From contig CAWGMQ010000005.1 in the NCBI GenBank assembly GCA_963823665.1, forward strand, positions 928,001 to 992,000: 64,000 nucleotides of DNA. The letters run 5' to 3'. The position numbers and the translations under genes are program-made. The notes beneath the pieces were generated by a model. The model saw only the letters and a program-made list of their open reading frames with translations, was not told the origin of the DNA and made no database searches. This document shows, in pieces, positions 26,901-41,900 of this stretch. Position 1 is the stretch's first letter. Every line of letters starts with the position of its first letter. Origin of the DNA: an uncultured Planctomycetota bacterium (GTDB lineage Bacteria; Planctomycetota; Planctomycetia; Isosphaerales; Isosphaeraceae).

Positions 26901-29900
26901 GGTCAGGGTCGTGGCGGAGAGCGTGCCGGTCTTAGCCGTCGTGCTGCCGGTGTCATCGACGTTCATCGTATCGGCGCCATTTCCGGCGACAGTAAGGGCT
27001 CCCTCGATGTTGTCCACGATGCCGCGCGTCATGGGCTCCTTGCTGCCCACGTTGAAGGTGTTGTCCGCGCCGAGAGTCTGAATTTCGGTGGTGCTCCCCG
27101 CGAGCGTGCTCTGGACGTTAAACGTGCTCCCGCCCACGCCCGGCCCGATCAGCAGGATGCCGTCGTTGCCGCTCGGGTCGCTGAAGCGCCCGGTGGCAGA
27201 ATAGTCGATAACGCCAGGACCGAAGCCGGTGATGCTGTCATTGGTGACAACGACGTCAGAGTAGCTGGTGGTCATGTTGCCGGAGTCGTCGACGATCAGC
27301 CGGTTGCTGCCGCCGCCGCCGGCGTTCACGGTCAATGTGTTCTCAATGCCGGCCGGATTGACATTGATCGTGTCGTTGCCGGCGCCGCCCTGGACCGACA
27401 CTTCACCGTAGAACACACCTCCGAGGTCGAAGGTGTCGCCGTAGGGGCTGCCGTCGATGTCGGTCTGCAGCGCGCTCACGGTGCCGTCGAGCACCATTGT
27501 GAGCCCCGACGTGTCCCCATCGTTTTCCATGTAGTTGTCCTGGATGGTGACCGTGTTTGCCGCCAGGACGGTGGCGCCCGCGTCGATGATCACGCTGTCG
27601 CCGCCCTGCAGAAAGACGTTGCCGGTGCCGGGCTGTAGCACCCCGCTCACGTACGTGCCGGCCGATTGGACGGTCACTCCGGACTGGATGGTGACATCAT
27701 CTATTTCGTTGGCAACGTCGGTGGCGGTGAGGTAGATGTTTGCGTTAGTGATCACGTTTTGCATAACGGTCACGGGACTGTGCGCCGTGATCAGGACCTC
27801 GCCGCCCGCTTGCACGGCGTCTCCGGAGACGTTCCCGCCCATGAACCCGCCAACGAAAGCCGCCCCGGCGTTGCTGACGATGAACGTTCCGGTCGTGGCG
27901 TTTCCCTCGAGGTAACTGACTTGCGTGTCGACCGGTAACGAGGTCGTGCCGACGTTCTGGCTCGCCGAGAGGTAGGCATTGACGGCGACGACGTTCGGAC
28001 CTCCGCTGTTGCCGTTGATAATGCTCCCCGAGGGCACCGTCAGAAACACCGTGCCGAACAAGGCATTGACCTGGTAGAGCGTCAGATTACCCAGCGTCTC
28101 GACGAGGTAGGCGTTCTGGTTCGTCGTGGCCGTTAGCTTGCTCCGCGAATTGATATACAAGGGGGCCGCGGGGGAGGAGCCGATATCGCCCGTCGTCCCT
28201 CCCGTGGTCAGCTTGATGTTGTTGCCCGTAATATCGGCGGTCTGGTCACCGCTCGAGCGGTCGATGCCGTCCAGGATTGAAAGTGCCGACTCGAGAGTGA
28301 CGTCGCCCGAGCGGGAATTCAGTCCCTCCATCGTGACGCGGTCGATGGCAGTCGGCCCGCCCACCGTGAGCGAGCCCTGAGTGCTGTTGATGTCGATGCT
28401 GTCGCCTGCCTGGCCGACGATGGTTGCCGGCGAGCTGAGCTGGATCTCGAGCGGAACAACCATTCCAGTAGACGGATCGAATCCGTTGACCCCGTTCGTG
28501 ACGTTGAACGTGAGCGAGCTGGCGACCAGAGGCAGATCGGTGATCCGCTGATAGAGACCGCCGTTCAAGTCCGTGAGCTGCACCGTGCCGTTCGCCACGA
28601 TGCGGTCAAAATTCAGATCTCCACCATTCTGCTGGAGATAAATGTCCTGCCCCGCGTTGGCCGACTCAATCAGCCCGCCATACTTAACGACCAGCGGAGT
28701 ACTCGCGTTGGTTCCCAGGTCGCCCGTGCCGGCAAGAAGGGTCACGTTGCCCGGCGTGAAGATCTGTGGGCTCGAAGTTCCTGCGCTTTGGATACTTTGT
28801 GGCGCCGTGATATTGACGTCTCCGCCGGCTTTCACCTGGCCAATGGCAAGGTCCTGGCCTGTGCTCCCGGGGCTCTGCAGGTAGACGCTGCTCCCGGCCG
28901 TGGCATTGAAGGTGCCGGTGGCGGCGACAAACAGCGGCGCGGTTTGCGTGAGGCTGAGACCCGTGAGCGTGTCCCCCGCCGGCTGCTGGCCGAGCTCGAA
29001 GGTCACGGGGTTGCCCATGCTATTCGTGCCTTGCGCCACCACATCGCCCGGGGCCGTCGCCAGCGCCAGGGCTGCTTTTTGCGCCTCGTTAAGTGTGCCG
29101 TTCTGCAGATCCATCAGGCTGACGGGGACGGGCGCGGCGAGCTCGCCGACGCCGTCGCTGGCAACGAGCGTCACGCTGTGCCCGGAGACGTTCGGGGTGG
29201 TCGTGCCCACAGGCGTGCTGGTGGCCCCGGATGACAGGCCAGTCGCACTGACCGTATATGTCAGCTCGGCATAGGTCCAGCCCGAGTTCTGGGTGAGGGC
29301 GGTTACCTGGGCGGGGGTCGCGGTGTACTGGTAGTTGGGGTTAAATGTCTGGAAGTCCGGCAGATTCATCCAATTGGCGGGAAGGTTGTTATTGAGGAAA
29401 GTCACCGTCTGCTGGTAAAGGCCGAGGGCGTAGGCTTCGATCTGGGCATCGGTTGGGTCGGCATCGGCCGGGTTGCTGTCGTTATCCGCGGCCTCGAGCG
29501 AAGCGACCGTCCTCGGCCGGAACAGTTGCAGGGCCATCTGGCCGGCTGGTGTGTCCGTGGAATTCAAGCTGTAAACGCCGTTTTGCACCGTGCCGTTATC
29601 GAGTAGCTGCCAGTACTGGAGGTAATTGACGTCGACCTGGTTCTCGAAGACGGCGATGGTTTGATCATCGTTCAGGGCGGCGCTCGACGGCGTGTTCGGG
29701 GTGCCGTCGTCGTTCCTCAACTGCAAGTTTGACCAGACCTGCTCGATCTGGGCGTCGGAAAGCACCTGGGCCGGCGTCTGGCTGCGGGCGTCAAGTATCC
29801 CACCGTTCGTGACATCCACGACGACGTCGCCGGCGGTTGAGGAGATCGTGTTGACAATGAGATCGCCAGTGTCTTGCTCCACGCTGATATTATTCAGGGC

Positions 29901-32900
29901 GCTGGCGGTGAGCGCTCCCCCCATTGTGCCGCCGTCCGCCAGCAGCGTGCCGTTGGCGCTCAAGTCCAGCGGCGCGGTCACACCGACGCCGCCTTGAGTG
30001 CTCGTGAGCGTGAGATTGTCGCCGGTGACGTTGATCGTGCCGGCCGACAGACCGGGCGCCGGATCCAGATCGCCGGTGCTGCTCAAGACCACGTCGCCGT
30101 AGCTGCTGGCCGCCGTTCCGGCGGTGACCTGGTCGATGAGCGCCCCCGAGCTCAGGTTCAGGTACACGCCCTGGTTTCCCGCCTGAGCGTTCAGGACGCC
30201 CAAGGCTGTTGTTTGCAGGTTCAGCGGCGCGGCGGCGCTGCCGATGACCCCGCCAGCCAGGCCGGAGTCGTCCGTCGTCAAAGCCGAGTCGAGTCCGCTG
30301 ATGACCCAGGGATCAGTGGCGGTGCCCCCGCCGGTCACGCCGACCGGCCCGCCGGTCAGCTCGCTCAGCGCTGCGGCAAGAATCGTGGCGCAGGCGTTAT
30401 ACGGAATCGCGCCGGTTGTCTCAGGCTGGAATTCAACATACAGCGTCGCCGTGAACGTCCCGCCGGTGGCGGTGTTCCAGAGGAGCTGGGAATTGGCGGG
30501 CACGGCGCGTAGCGTGCTGCTGCCGCCAGTCAGGCCGAATGGGACGACCGTGAGCGCCGACACGCCGGAACCGCTGATCAGCCAGGGGTCGCCGGCAGTG
30601 CCCCGGCCGGTCACCTGCGCGGCGATGCTGGGGTCCATTCCGTCAAGGGCAGCCTCGACCGTCGCGGCGCTGGCATCGTAGGCGAAGGTGGCCGTCCGCA
30701 CCTGGTTGTCGACGGTCATCTGAATCGTCAAGTCGCCGCCGGAAGCCGTGGTCCACAACTGTTGCGGCCCGGGCGGAACGGGCTGGATCGTGCTCTTCTC
30801 GCCGACCGGGAACGAGTCGGTGGTCTCCAGTGACGCGAAGCCGGTGCCGACGATGAGCCAGGGGTCGGCTGCCTTGCCAGTGCCGCTCACCGTGACCTGC
30901 ACGCCAGGCAGCTTGTTCAGGGCGTTTTCCACACTCGTGGCGGAAGCGTTGTAATCGATGGCGCCGGTCGTCTCGGTCGAGCCGTTGACCGCCGCCGAGA
31001 TCGTGAAGGTGTCGCTGCTGGCATCATTCGAAAGCTCCTCCTGGACGAAAGGCACGAACTGAATCGTGCTGCTGCCCGAGAGGCCAGAGTCATCGGTAGT
31101 GATCTGAGACAATCCGGTGCCGGAAAAGAGCCAGGGATCAGCGGCGGTGCCGAGGCCGGTCACGGTCACGCCGGGCAGGGCCGCCTCGAGCGCGGCAGCG
31201 GTGGCATTGAAGGGGACGGTGGCGCTCTCGGGCGTGCCGCTCACTGTCGCGGTGATCTCGAACGTGCCGTCGGTCGCGCTGTTCCAGAGCTGGAGTGCTC
31301 CCGCAGGCGTTGGCTCGAGCGTGCTGCTGCCCCCGGACACGCCGAACGGGACCGCGGTAATCGTCGAAACCCCGGAGCCGCTGATTAACCACGGGTCGGC
31401 GGTCGTGCCCAGCCCGGTCACCGTCGCCGAAACGCTCGAGTCCATCCCGTCCAGGGCAGCCTGCAATCCCGCGGCGGTGACGTCCGCGGGAAGGTTTGCC
31501 TGCCGTGGCACGCTGTTCACAGTCATCTGGATCGTGAACGCGCCGGTGTTGCTGCTGTTCGACAACTGCTGTGCCCCCGAGGGCACGGCCGTAAGCGTGC
31601 TCGTGGCCCCGGTGCCCATCAACGAGTCGGTAACGGACAATGCGGCGAAGCCGGTGCCGCTGATGATCCAGGGATCGGCGGCGGTGCCCGAGCCGGTCAC
31701 CGAAGTCGTCACACCCTTGAGTTTATTGAGCGCCGTCTGGACGTCCGCGGCCGTGGCGCTGTAGTTGACGCTGGCGGTAGTCTCAGTGCCGCCGCTCGTG
31801 GTGGCTGAGATCGTGAAGGTACCGCCGGTCGCATTGCTGATGAACAGTTCGCTCGCTCCGGCGGGCGCAGCCTGGATCGTCGTGGTCACGCTCGAATCGT
31901 TGACCGAAAGATACGAGAACCCGGTGCCGGTGATGATCCACGGGTCGCCGCCGGAACCCCCGCCGGTCACGGTGGCCTGCACGCCGGCGAGCGAGTCGAG
32001 CGCCGCTTGCACCGAATCGGCGCTGGTGTTGAAGTCGAGCGGATACGTGACCTCGGTCGTGCCGCTCGCGACGGCGGAGATCGTGAACGTTCCCGCGGTG
32101 GCGTCGTTGAATAACTCCAAGGCCCCGGCGGGCTCGGCTTGCTGCGTGCTCTGGTAGGACAAACCGGCGTCGTTGGTGGCGAGGTTGGAAACGCCGGTGC
32201 CGATGATGACCCAGGGGTTCACCGCGGTGCCCGCGCCGGTCACCGTGACCTGGACGCCGGCCAGCGTGTTGAGGGCCGTCTGCACGGCGCCCGAATCGGC
32301 ATTGTAAGCCAGGGTGCCGGTGGTCTCGGCCGTCCCATTGACGGTCGCGGTGATCGTGAACATGCCGCCACTGGCCGTATTCCACAGCCGCTGCTCTCCG
32401 TCTGCGACGGTTCCCACGGTGCCGCTGCCCCCCTCGAGTCCCTGATCGTTGGCGGTAAGCCCCGACACGCCGCTGATCAGCCAGGGGTCAGTCGCCGTGC
32501 CCACGCCGGTCACAGTGGCCTGCACGCCCGGGAGGGCATCGAGAGCAGCTTGGAGCTCGGGCGCGGTGGCGTTATAGGCCAGCGGGCCAGCCGTCTCGAT
32601 CTGGCCATTCACGGTTACCAAGAGCGTGAAGGTGCCGCCGGTCGCGCGATTCCAGAGCTGCTGCGCGCCGGCCGGCACAGCTTGAACTGTGCTGCTGCCC
32701 CCCGTCGCCTTGAGCGTCAGGTCGTTCGAAACCAGGGAAGCGCCCGCAAGATTCGTGATGCTCCCCTGCGCGGTGATCGTCGTCGTGCCGTTGGGGTTGA
32801 CGATCGCGCCGGACAAGATGACCGGAGCGTTCGAGTTGATCGTGACGTTGCCGCTGGTCAATCCGGAGAAATTAATGCCGATGGGATTGTCGGCCTTGAC

Positions 32901-35900
32901 CGAGTTGGTGAGGGTGATCGACGCGCTGTCGAAGTAACTGTAGTACCAGGGATCGACAACCCCACCACTGTCGGAGAACGACGGGTTGTATGGTGCAAAT
33001 CCATAGTCCCCGTCGTGGTAGTAGACGAGTTGGGTGTACGAGGCCGACGCCGACCCGGATATCGTTTCGTAGAAGTCGTCGGACTCCAGGGAAGGGTCGT
33101 TGGAGTCGTTGACGATGCTGCCGGTCGGGGTGCTCACGCCACTGATAACGGCGGTGGGGTTGCCATTCGCATCGAGGTACGCCCACGGGTCGTTCGCATT
33201 CAGCTCGCCTGCAGGGGTCGAGAACACCCAGTTGCCGGGCGAGATGCCGTCGATCTCGCTTTTTGAATTGTAGCTAATTCCGAGGTCGCGCGTGAGATTG
33301 GCCTCGAGCGTCCACTGAAAGCGGTAGCCGCTCGCGGGAGAGTAGCTCGCCGTCGTCCCGGGCGTAGGCACGACGGAAGAGCCCGCCATCAGATCGGCCT
33401 CGGTCTCTCCCGCCGTGCCTCGGTATGTGGAAATGCCCACCCCGGGTTGGTAGACGTAAAGGCTCTGCTGGGTGGCATACGGTTGGTTGGTGTCGATGAT
33501 ATCGACCTTACTCGATACGATTGAGCTCAGGGAGTTGGTGCCGGCCGACACGTTCTGCACCACCACCGGGATGCCCGTTTCATTGTCGATCGTCACCGCG
33601 CCCAAGCCGCCGTTGACGTGAATATTGCCCAGAGTATTGGTGCTGATCACGGCGCCGTCCATGGCGAACGACCCGCCTCCGGACGAGGCGCTCACGTTAT
33701 TGAGGACGATCTGGTTCGTGGCCGCGTTGTATTGCGCGGTGATCGTGGAGTCGGAGGCGACCACCGGCGCCACCGGCAGGCCGAACAGCGGATTGCCGCC
33801 GACTTCGTCGTAGTATGTCCGTATTGCTGCAATGTAGGCCGTGAGCACCGCGGGCAGATCGACCGACCAGGCGTTGGGCTGGCCGACGGTGATCGCGCTG
33901 TCGAGGTCGATGATATTGGCGTTGATCAGAATCTGCGCCGCGTGGAGGGCGCTCGCACTGCCGCCCATCAGGTTGGCCTGACTGTACGACGCCGTCTCGG
34001 TGAGCGACTCGGCGGGGACATCGGGAAAATAGCCCTCGTTGCCGCCGGCCGAGCCCGAGATCGCGTGGGCCTGGCCGATCGGGCTGTCCTGATCGGCCGT
34101 TCCCAAGCTGCCATTGTGCGTGATACTTCCGACCCAGGGCATGTCGCCGCCGTAGAAGACCTCGCTCGTCGTGTAGGCCGCATCGCCGGCATCGCCGATG
34201 AGGGCCACGGTGAAGTCGGAGGTTGTGTACTGGCCGCTTGAGTTAAATGCCGCGTTGGCCGCGTAGGCGACGGCGTCGTTCCCGTTGGGCGCGGGGTTAG
34301 TGGACGTGGCCGAGGTGGGGTTCCCGCCCGGCCACAGGATCACGTTAGCCCACTCGTCGTAGGGCGCCGAGCCGGTGATTTCGACGCCGTTGGAGGGGCT
34401 GATGACGTAGATGCCGTTCGGGGAGGTGATGCTCGCTTGCTCGGCGTTGATCGCGCCCAGTTGCGCAATCGACCCGTCGACGTTGGTGATGGCAACGCCT
34501 CCGCCCAGGTTGTTGATATCGCCGTTCAAGTACACCGCCGGGCCTGGGCCGGGCGTGGTCGCGGAAGTGCCCACCGAGTTCGGGTAGTTTTCGTTGATCG
34601 TGACGACCGCGCCCGAGCCTTGCCCGTTCGGCGTGACTGTGATTCCGGCCTTTTTAGCTGCCGTCTGGCCCGCCGCCCCCGTGAAGAGCACTTCCCCGCC
34701 CGGCAAGAACGGGATGGTGATCACGTCAAAGACGAGATAGTCGGGGCTTGCATTCGTAACGGAGATGGTGGGCCCGCCAAAGGCGGTGATCGACCCGCCG
34801 CCCGTAAGGGTGTCCGCGTTGACCGTCACGATGCCTCCCGCGGCGTAGAGCGGGCTGAAGATAAGCGCGCCGACCGGCGAGGTCGACGTGTCTGCGTCAA
34901 ACGCGGTGGCGTCGTCTTGCGAGCTGAAATAGGGGTCCTCGCTCGATGGGCTGAAGCTCGAGTCGAACATCACCGTGAAGGGCGCGTACAGGATTCCGTC
35001 GCTGGCATTCACCTCGATCGGGCTGCCATTCACCTCGATCGGCGTGGTGTCGGTGTAAATGCCCGCGTCCTTGTCATCGGGGATGACGATATCCAGCTCG
35101 TGGTAGATGCCGGCGGTGATGGTGCCGTTCTGGGTCACGCTCGACGACGTCGATTCGGTGGGTGTGCTCGAGCTGGCCGAGGTGGATAAGGCAGACGTGT
35201 CGTAATACGCGGTGCCGTTGGCCGAGGGACTGCGCGCGCCCGGGAAGGCGCCGATGGAGACGTTCTGCCCGCTGCTCACCACAGCGCCAGAGTCGATGGT
35301 CAGAGAAGCGTTCGAAGCCAAGGTGGTCACGGCCGTGGCCTGGGGAACGGCGATGAGGCCGATGAAGTAACTCTGGGCGTTCGAGAGCCCGGTCATGGTG
35401 GTGTTGAACAACCCCGTGGGCTCGTTCCCGGCTGTGAGATTGACATTGCCGAAGGCGGAGATGGTGGTGTTCGTGCCCACAGTGACCGACTGGTTCGTGG
35501 TCACGCCGGTGGTCGCGTAGGCGATGCCCACGGCGGCCAGCCCGTAGGTGTTCACCTCCGAATTGGTCTGGGCATCCACCGTGGTATAGGTGCCCAGGCC
35601 GATATTGCCGCTAGAGGTCAAGTTGTCGTCGGTGCCGGTGGTAACCGAGTTGGTGAGCGTGGCGTCAAGATTCGAATTGGTGCCGGCGCCCTCGATGGCA
35701 CCGCCGGCGGTAAGCGTGACTGTGTCGTCGGTATTGAGGGTGCTCGAAGCGGCGATATCGATGCCGCCGGGGTTGGTGTTGGGATCGGTCCCCGAGGTGA
35801 TGCTGACAAGGTTCCCCAGGTTCACACTCGAAGTGCCCACGAGGGTGTCTTTGGAAAGAACGGCCGAGCCGTTGGCCACCCCGCCCGCCCCGCCGGCGGC

Positions 35901-38900
35901 GCCGCTGCCCGAAGGTTCGACGAACTGGTTTTGCGCCGTTGCCGTCACCGTGCCCGAGGCGATGATGGCGGTGCTGTCCCCGGTGGTGTCGCCGATATTC
36001 ACGGTCGCACTCACAGGCGACGGCGATCCGGACTGCGTGGTGTCCGTGGCGGTTGCCTTGGCGCCGCTGCCGCCCAAGGCGGCGGCGAGGGTCGAGTTGG
36101 CGCTGGGGGCGTAATTGTCGGCGTTCGTGGCACTCACCGTGACGGTGCCGGCGTAGATGATACTGCCGCCGCCGATGCCCGCGCAGGCGGTCGAGGTGTC
36201 GTTGCTGTTGGCGGTTGCCGCATCGCCGGCCAGAACGCCGCCGCTGCCGGCCGTGCTCGAGGCGGTGTTCGTGTCCGAGCCCGACGCCGTGACGGAAAGC
36301 GCCCCGGTCCGGCCTGCGTTGGTATTGTTGTTGGTTCCCAGGTTGGCCGTGGTCGTGACGCCGGAACTGGCCGTGGCCGTGCTCGAGCCCACGCCGACCA
36401 AGCCCGCCGCGCCGGCGGTGGCATTGGCCGATTGGGCGGTCTGGTTCGTGGCCTCGATCGTCACATCCCCATCGGGAAGCGTGACGCCAGGGCCGGTGTA
36501 GGCCTTGATCGAACCCTGATTGGACGCGGTGGCGACCGTGGCTTCCACGCCCAGAAGGATGCCGCCGGCACCCCCCACCGAGGAGGCATAAGCCGTCGGA
36601 TCGGTGTTGCCCTCTTGGCCCTGGCCGGCCATCACGGTCAGACTTCCGGCGGTGATAGTGGCGGCGCTTGGGCTGTTGGCGCTGTCGGACGGGTTGGCCA
36701 CTCCCACAAAGGCAGAAACACTGGGTGCAACCACGGCACTCGTGACCGACGCGCCGATGCCCGCGCCTTCCGCGACGGCCACGCCGAATGCCTTGGCCGT
36801 GGCCGTGGGGGTCACCGTCGCCTGCACCATCATGGCGTTCGTGACCGTGAGTGGATTCGTGCCCGTCGAAGCCTGCACGTTGGGCGACGTCGTGGCGCTC
36901 GCGCCGGCGCCTTCGCCGGAGACGACGCCGCCGGCGAAGGCAGTGGCTTCGGCATCCGACGAATCGGTCGCCGTGGTCTGGACCGTCAGATTTTCGCAGC
37001 CGGTGATCACGCCATCCATGTACGAATTCGCCGAGCCATTGGCCAAGGCGGTCGTGGTGCTCGAGCCGATAGCGAGGGAGCCGCCGGCAATGCCATAGGT
37101 CATGGTCGTGGCGCCGTTGGTCGTCGTGGCGGTGATGGAGATATTGCCGGCGGCGTGCACGGTGGCCCCGCTACCCGCATAGGCTGTCACGCTGGGGCTG
37201 ACGTCGGCGATGGCATTGCCGCCGGCGAGGGCGCCGCCCGATGTGGCCGCTATCGACGTGGCCACCGACAGCGTGATCACCGAATCGTTCGAGCTGGCGC
37301 CGATCGAAATCTGGCCTCCGGAGGAGGTGATCTTCGCGTTATCGACGTAAGCGGTGATGCTGCTCTCCACGGTGTTATCGGCCGTGGAGACGCCGATCGA
37401 GCCGCCAATGTCGGCGCCTGCCCCGGCCCCGGCCCCGACTTCCGAGGTAATAGGGGCATTTTCCGCGGCGTCGAGCGTGATGTCGCCCTTCGCCGTGATC
37501 TTGCTCGGGGCGCTGGCGGAAGCGCCTTCGATATAGCTGGCGATCGTGTTTTTCACCATGTTGGTGGAGCTAGCGCCCGCGCCGGAGAAGGCCGCGCCCA
37601 GCGGCGAAGCGGCGACCGCGACGGTGGCCGCGACGGAGGTGGCCTGGATATCGGCCGTCGTGGGCACGATGGCGCTGAGCATGATCTGGCCCGCCGAGTT
37701 GATGGTCGAGGCGTCACTGTAGGCCTCGACCGTGTCGTCGACGCTGTTATCGGCGATGGCCGCGCCGATGGCAAAAGTCGCGGCCACCGCACCGGCGGCG
37801 AACGACACGCTTGCGGCGACGGTTTTGGCTGTGAGGTTGGGCGAATCCGTCGCCGTCAGGGTGACATCCCCGCTCGTTGTGGTGGTCACGGAAGCGCCGT
37901 CGGCGAGGTAGGCCTCGACGGTATTCTGGAGACTGTTGGTGGAATTACCACCGGCACCGGCGGCAGCACCGGCGGAGTCGCCGGCGCCGATGGCCACCGC
38001 GCCGCCGACGGTCACCGCAAAGATGGTCGTGTTCTCGGCCGCGGCCAGAGTCACACTGTATCCCGATGCGCTACAGGTGGAGTCGTCGACGTAGGCCAGG
38101 ACCGAATTGTCAATGTTGTTGGTGGCGACGGCAAAGCCAACGGCGGCCGCGAGGCCGGCACCGATGCCACCGACACCCACGGCCAGGCCGCCGCCGCCGG
38201 CGGTGATCGAGGAAGTGTCGGTCGCATCGATCGAGAGGCTGCCTCCACTCGCGGTCACCGTGCTCTTGCCCGAGACATAGGCATCAACATTGTTCTCGAT
38301 GGTGTTGCTCGAATCCGAACCGGCCACGGCCAACCCGGTGCCCTCAAAGCCGCCGACGCCCGCCGCGACGGCCCCACCGACCGTCACCGTCATGATGGTC
38401 GCGTTTTCGGTCGCGCTCAATTCCACGGCGCCCGCCGACTTCACGACCGCGTCATTTATATACGCCTTGACTGTGTTCTCGATGTCGTTGTTGGCCGCGG
38501 CCGCTCCCAGCGAGGCGCCGGTCCCGTCGCCGGCACCGACGCCGACGCCGATGCCCAGCCCGCCGGCGATCGCCTCGATGGAAGAGGTATCGAGGGCCGT
38601 CACGATCACGTCTCCGCCGCCGAAGGTCATGACCTCGCTGTTGCCCTGGATGTCGGCATCCACGTTGTTCATGACCGTGTTGCCGGACCCGGCGCCCGCG
38701 CCGCCCAAGCCGACGCCGTCGGCGCCGCCGCTTTGTCCGACACCCACGGCACCGCCGATCGTCCAGGCATCGATCGTTGCCGTCTCGGCCGCGATCACGA
38801 CCACGTCCCCGCCGGTCGTGTTCACCGTGGAGTTGTTGATATAAGCCTGGACCGTGTCCTGGACGTCGTTGATGGCCACCGAGATGCCGACGGAAGCACC

Positions 38901-41900
38901 GACACCACCGATCAAACCGCTGCCCACCCCCACACTCAGGGACCCGGCGACGGTCTCGATGGTGGGCTCATCCCCGGCGCCGATGCTGATCACGCCCGAG
39001 TCGGAAGTAACGCTGCTGTTGTTGATATAGGAAAGAACCCGATTCTCCACCGTGTCGCCGGAGCCGGCGCCGGCCCCGGAGCCGCCGATGCCGCCGAGTC
39101 CGCCCGTAGTCGTGGCGACGGAGACACCGATTGAGAGAGCCTTGATCGTCGGCTGCGACGTGGCGAGCAGGAGGACGTTGCCCGCGGAAACAACGTGGGA
39201 GCTGTTCACGTAGGCTTCGGTGGTGTTCTCGATCTCGTTGGAGGCCACCGACACCCCGGCGGCCAGCCCAAGGCCGGTCGTGGCAATGGCGACGCCGACG
39301 CCGCCGGCCAGCGCCTCGATGGTTGAGGTGTCCTGCGCGGTCACGGCTAGACTGCCCGAGCCGGAGGCCGTGGTGGAGACCTCAGGCGAGCCGGAGATAT
39401 GGGCGTCGGTGGTGTTGCGGATGATGTTTATCGAGACCGCCCCGCCGAGCGAGGCTTTGAGGAGACCTTTGCCCACCGCGGCCGAACCCGCGACGGTGAT
39501 GTTAAAGATCTGGCCGGTGTACGTGGCGCTCACGTCGATCTGACTGGCTTTCAAGCTGCCGGCGACGTTCTCGATGGCGGCGCGGACGACGTTGTTTTTG
39601 GTCGAAGTCGGATCGCTGGGATCGCCGCCCAGGTAGTTGAACGAGACCGAGGCGCCAACGGCGCCGAGGCCCCCTTGCGCCAACGCCGGCAATCGCTATC
39701 GCGCCGGCCAAGGACTCGATCGTCGAGGCGTCGCTCGCGGTCACGCTGAGTATGCCGCCGGCATGAATGGACTGGGAGGTGGCGATGTTCGACACCGCGG
39801 CTTCGACCGTGTTGTCGACCCAGTTGAGCGACAACGAGCCGGCAAAGGCGCCCGCGGCGGCGCCCGAACCGCTGACGGACATGGCGGCGATCTGCGCGTC
39901 AAGGCCCGGCGGCAACGTCGTGGACCTGGCGAACGTGGCACTTACCGTCATGGCGCCGCCTGATGAAGCGGCCGAGTCGTCGATCGTTGCGGTGTCGGTG
40001 TCCGCGATGTCGTTGACGGCCACGGCAGCGGCCCCGGCGCCGCTGCCGCCCAAGCTGGCGCCGATGTTGCCCGCCAGGGTGGCGATCGACGCCGTATCGG
40101 TAGCCATTACCGACAGCGCGCCGGCAGCGGTCACCAGCGACGGCGTGCCGCCGTTGCCGACACCCCCGCTCGCGGCGATAAAGGCGTCCACCGTGTTGGT
40201 GATAAAGTTGATGGCGAAAGAACCGCCGAAGGCGCTGCCGGTACTGGAACCGGCGCCGCCGACCACGACGTTGATGTCCTGCGCCGTCTCGGCGGCGGTG
40301 ATGTTGACGGCACCGCCGGACGCGACGGTTGATCCCTCCACATAGGCTTTCACACTGTTCGAGATATCGTTCACGCCGACGGAGGCGTTGACGGCGAAAC
40401 CTCCGCCGACCGAGATTGCCACAGAGACGGTGCCGGAGCCGATCTCCGAGGTGTCGCTCGACTCGACGTCCACATCGCCCCCGGCCTGGACGTCCGAGTC
40501 GTTGGAGATGTGAGCATCAACATTCATGCGGACGAAGTTCAGATTCACCGCGCCGGCGCCGGCTTTGTTCGTGCCTCCCGCCCCGGCGGCCGTGACGCTG
40601 ACCAACTGGCCGCTGATGGGAACGGGCAATGGCACCGTCACGTCCCCCAGGTCGAACTGAGTGGGTTTGACCACCAGGCTCTGGTTCGACCCGGTCCCGG
40701 GCGAGGTCAGAAACACCGGCTCGTTGTTGACGGCGTTATTGAACGTCGCCGCCAGCTTGATATGCGTGGGGTCAACCACGATGACGTAATAGGTTTGGCC
40801 GTCGGTCAGGCCGCCGATGCTCGTGCCTCCGCCGTTGTCATAAAAGACGGCATCGCCGGTGGCCAGGTCGGGGCTGCTGGCGAAGCTGATCTCGTCGGCC
40901 GCGGGGTTCGTGGTCGTCACGTCCGAGGCGGCGAAGGGCAGCGCCGAGCCGGGCAGGACCGGAGTGAAGCTTTGCCCATCGCCGCTGCCTGAGGAAGTGA
41001 GCGTGATCGGGGTCGGATCCGCGGCTGTGGCGTTGGCCAGGGACGATGCCAACTGGATGGTAAAGTCATTGACCCTGATGACGTAATACGCCATGCCGCT
41101 CGTCAGGCCGCCGATGCTGGTGCCGCCGCCGTTGTCGTAGACCACCTCCTGACCGGTCGAGAAGCCGGGGGCGGCGGAGAACGTGATCGCGCTCGTGACG
41201 GACCCAATGGCGGCGCGGATCTCCTTCTGGACTTCCGCGGCCAGCGAGTCGGCCGTGTATGTCGCGGGGGCCAGCGTGACCGTGATCGGCGTGCCGTTCG
41301 CCGTCAGGTCCAGAGTGTCGTTGCTGCCGGTCGTGATGGTGAGGTTGGCGGCCGCGGACCCCGTGATCGAGTCGCCGTTCGTGGTGGGAGCAGCGCCGAG
41401 CAAGCCAAATTCCGCGTCGCCCCCGGTCACGATGAAGTTCGCGTCGTTCGAGCTGATGGTCAGCACGCCCAGGTTCTGGGTAACGTCGACTGTGACGATC
41501 GGGACCGTGCTGCCCGGCAGTGTGACGCTCTGGGCGGATGGACTGAAGAATGCGGTCTCGGCGGTGTCGAGCGGAGCGATGGTTTGGCTCGAGCTCGTGC
41601 CGGAGGAGCTCAAGGGGATCGCTGTATACGATGTGGGCACCGTGAAGGAGCCGGTGCCGGCCGAGGTCAAGGTGATGGCGGTGCCGTTATTGGCGTCGTT
41701 GAGCGAGTCGGCCAGCATGATGTCCGTCGCGTCAACGCTGATCACGTAGTAGGTCGTGCCGTCGGTGAGCCCGCCGATGGGGGTGCCATTGCCGACGTTA
41801 TAAAGAACGGCCTCTCCGGTGTACAAGGCGGGACTGCCCGAGGGGAGCGAGATCTCGTTGGTCGAAGTGTTCACTCCGGCCACGTTGACCTGGATGGGGG

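Noticed and set aside
35931..39134. 1067-aa plus-strand ORF and similar long antisense ORFs (48261-50249, 3892-5052, 52486-53790)
   Set aside because: Shadow frames of GC-rich genes on the opposite strand; Arg/Gly-rich with no motifs.
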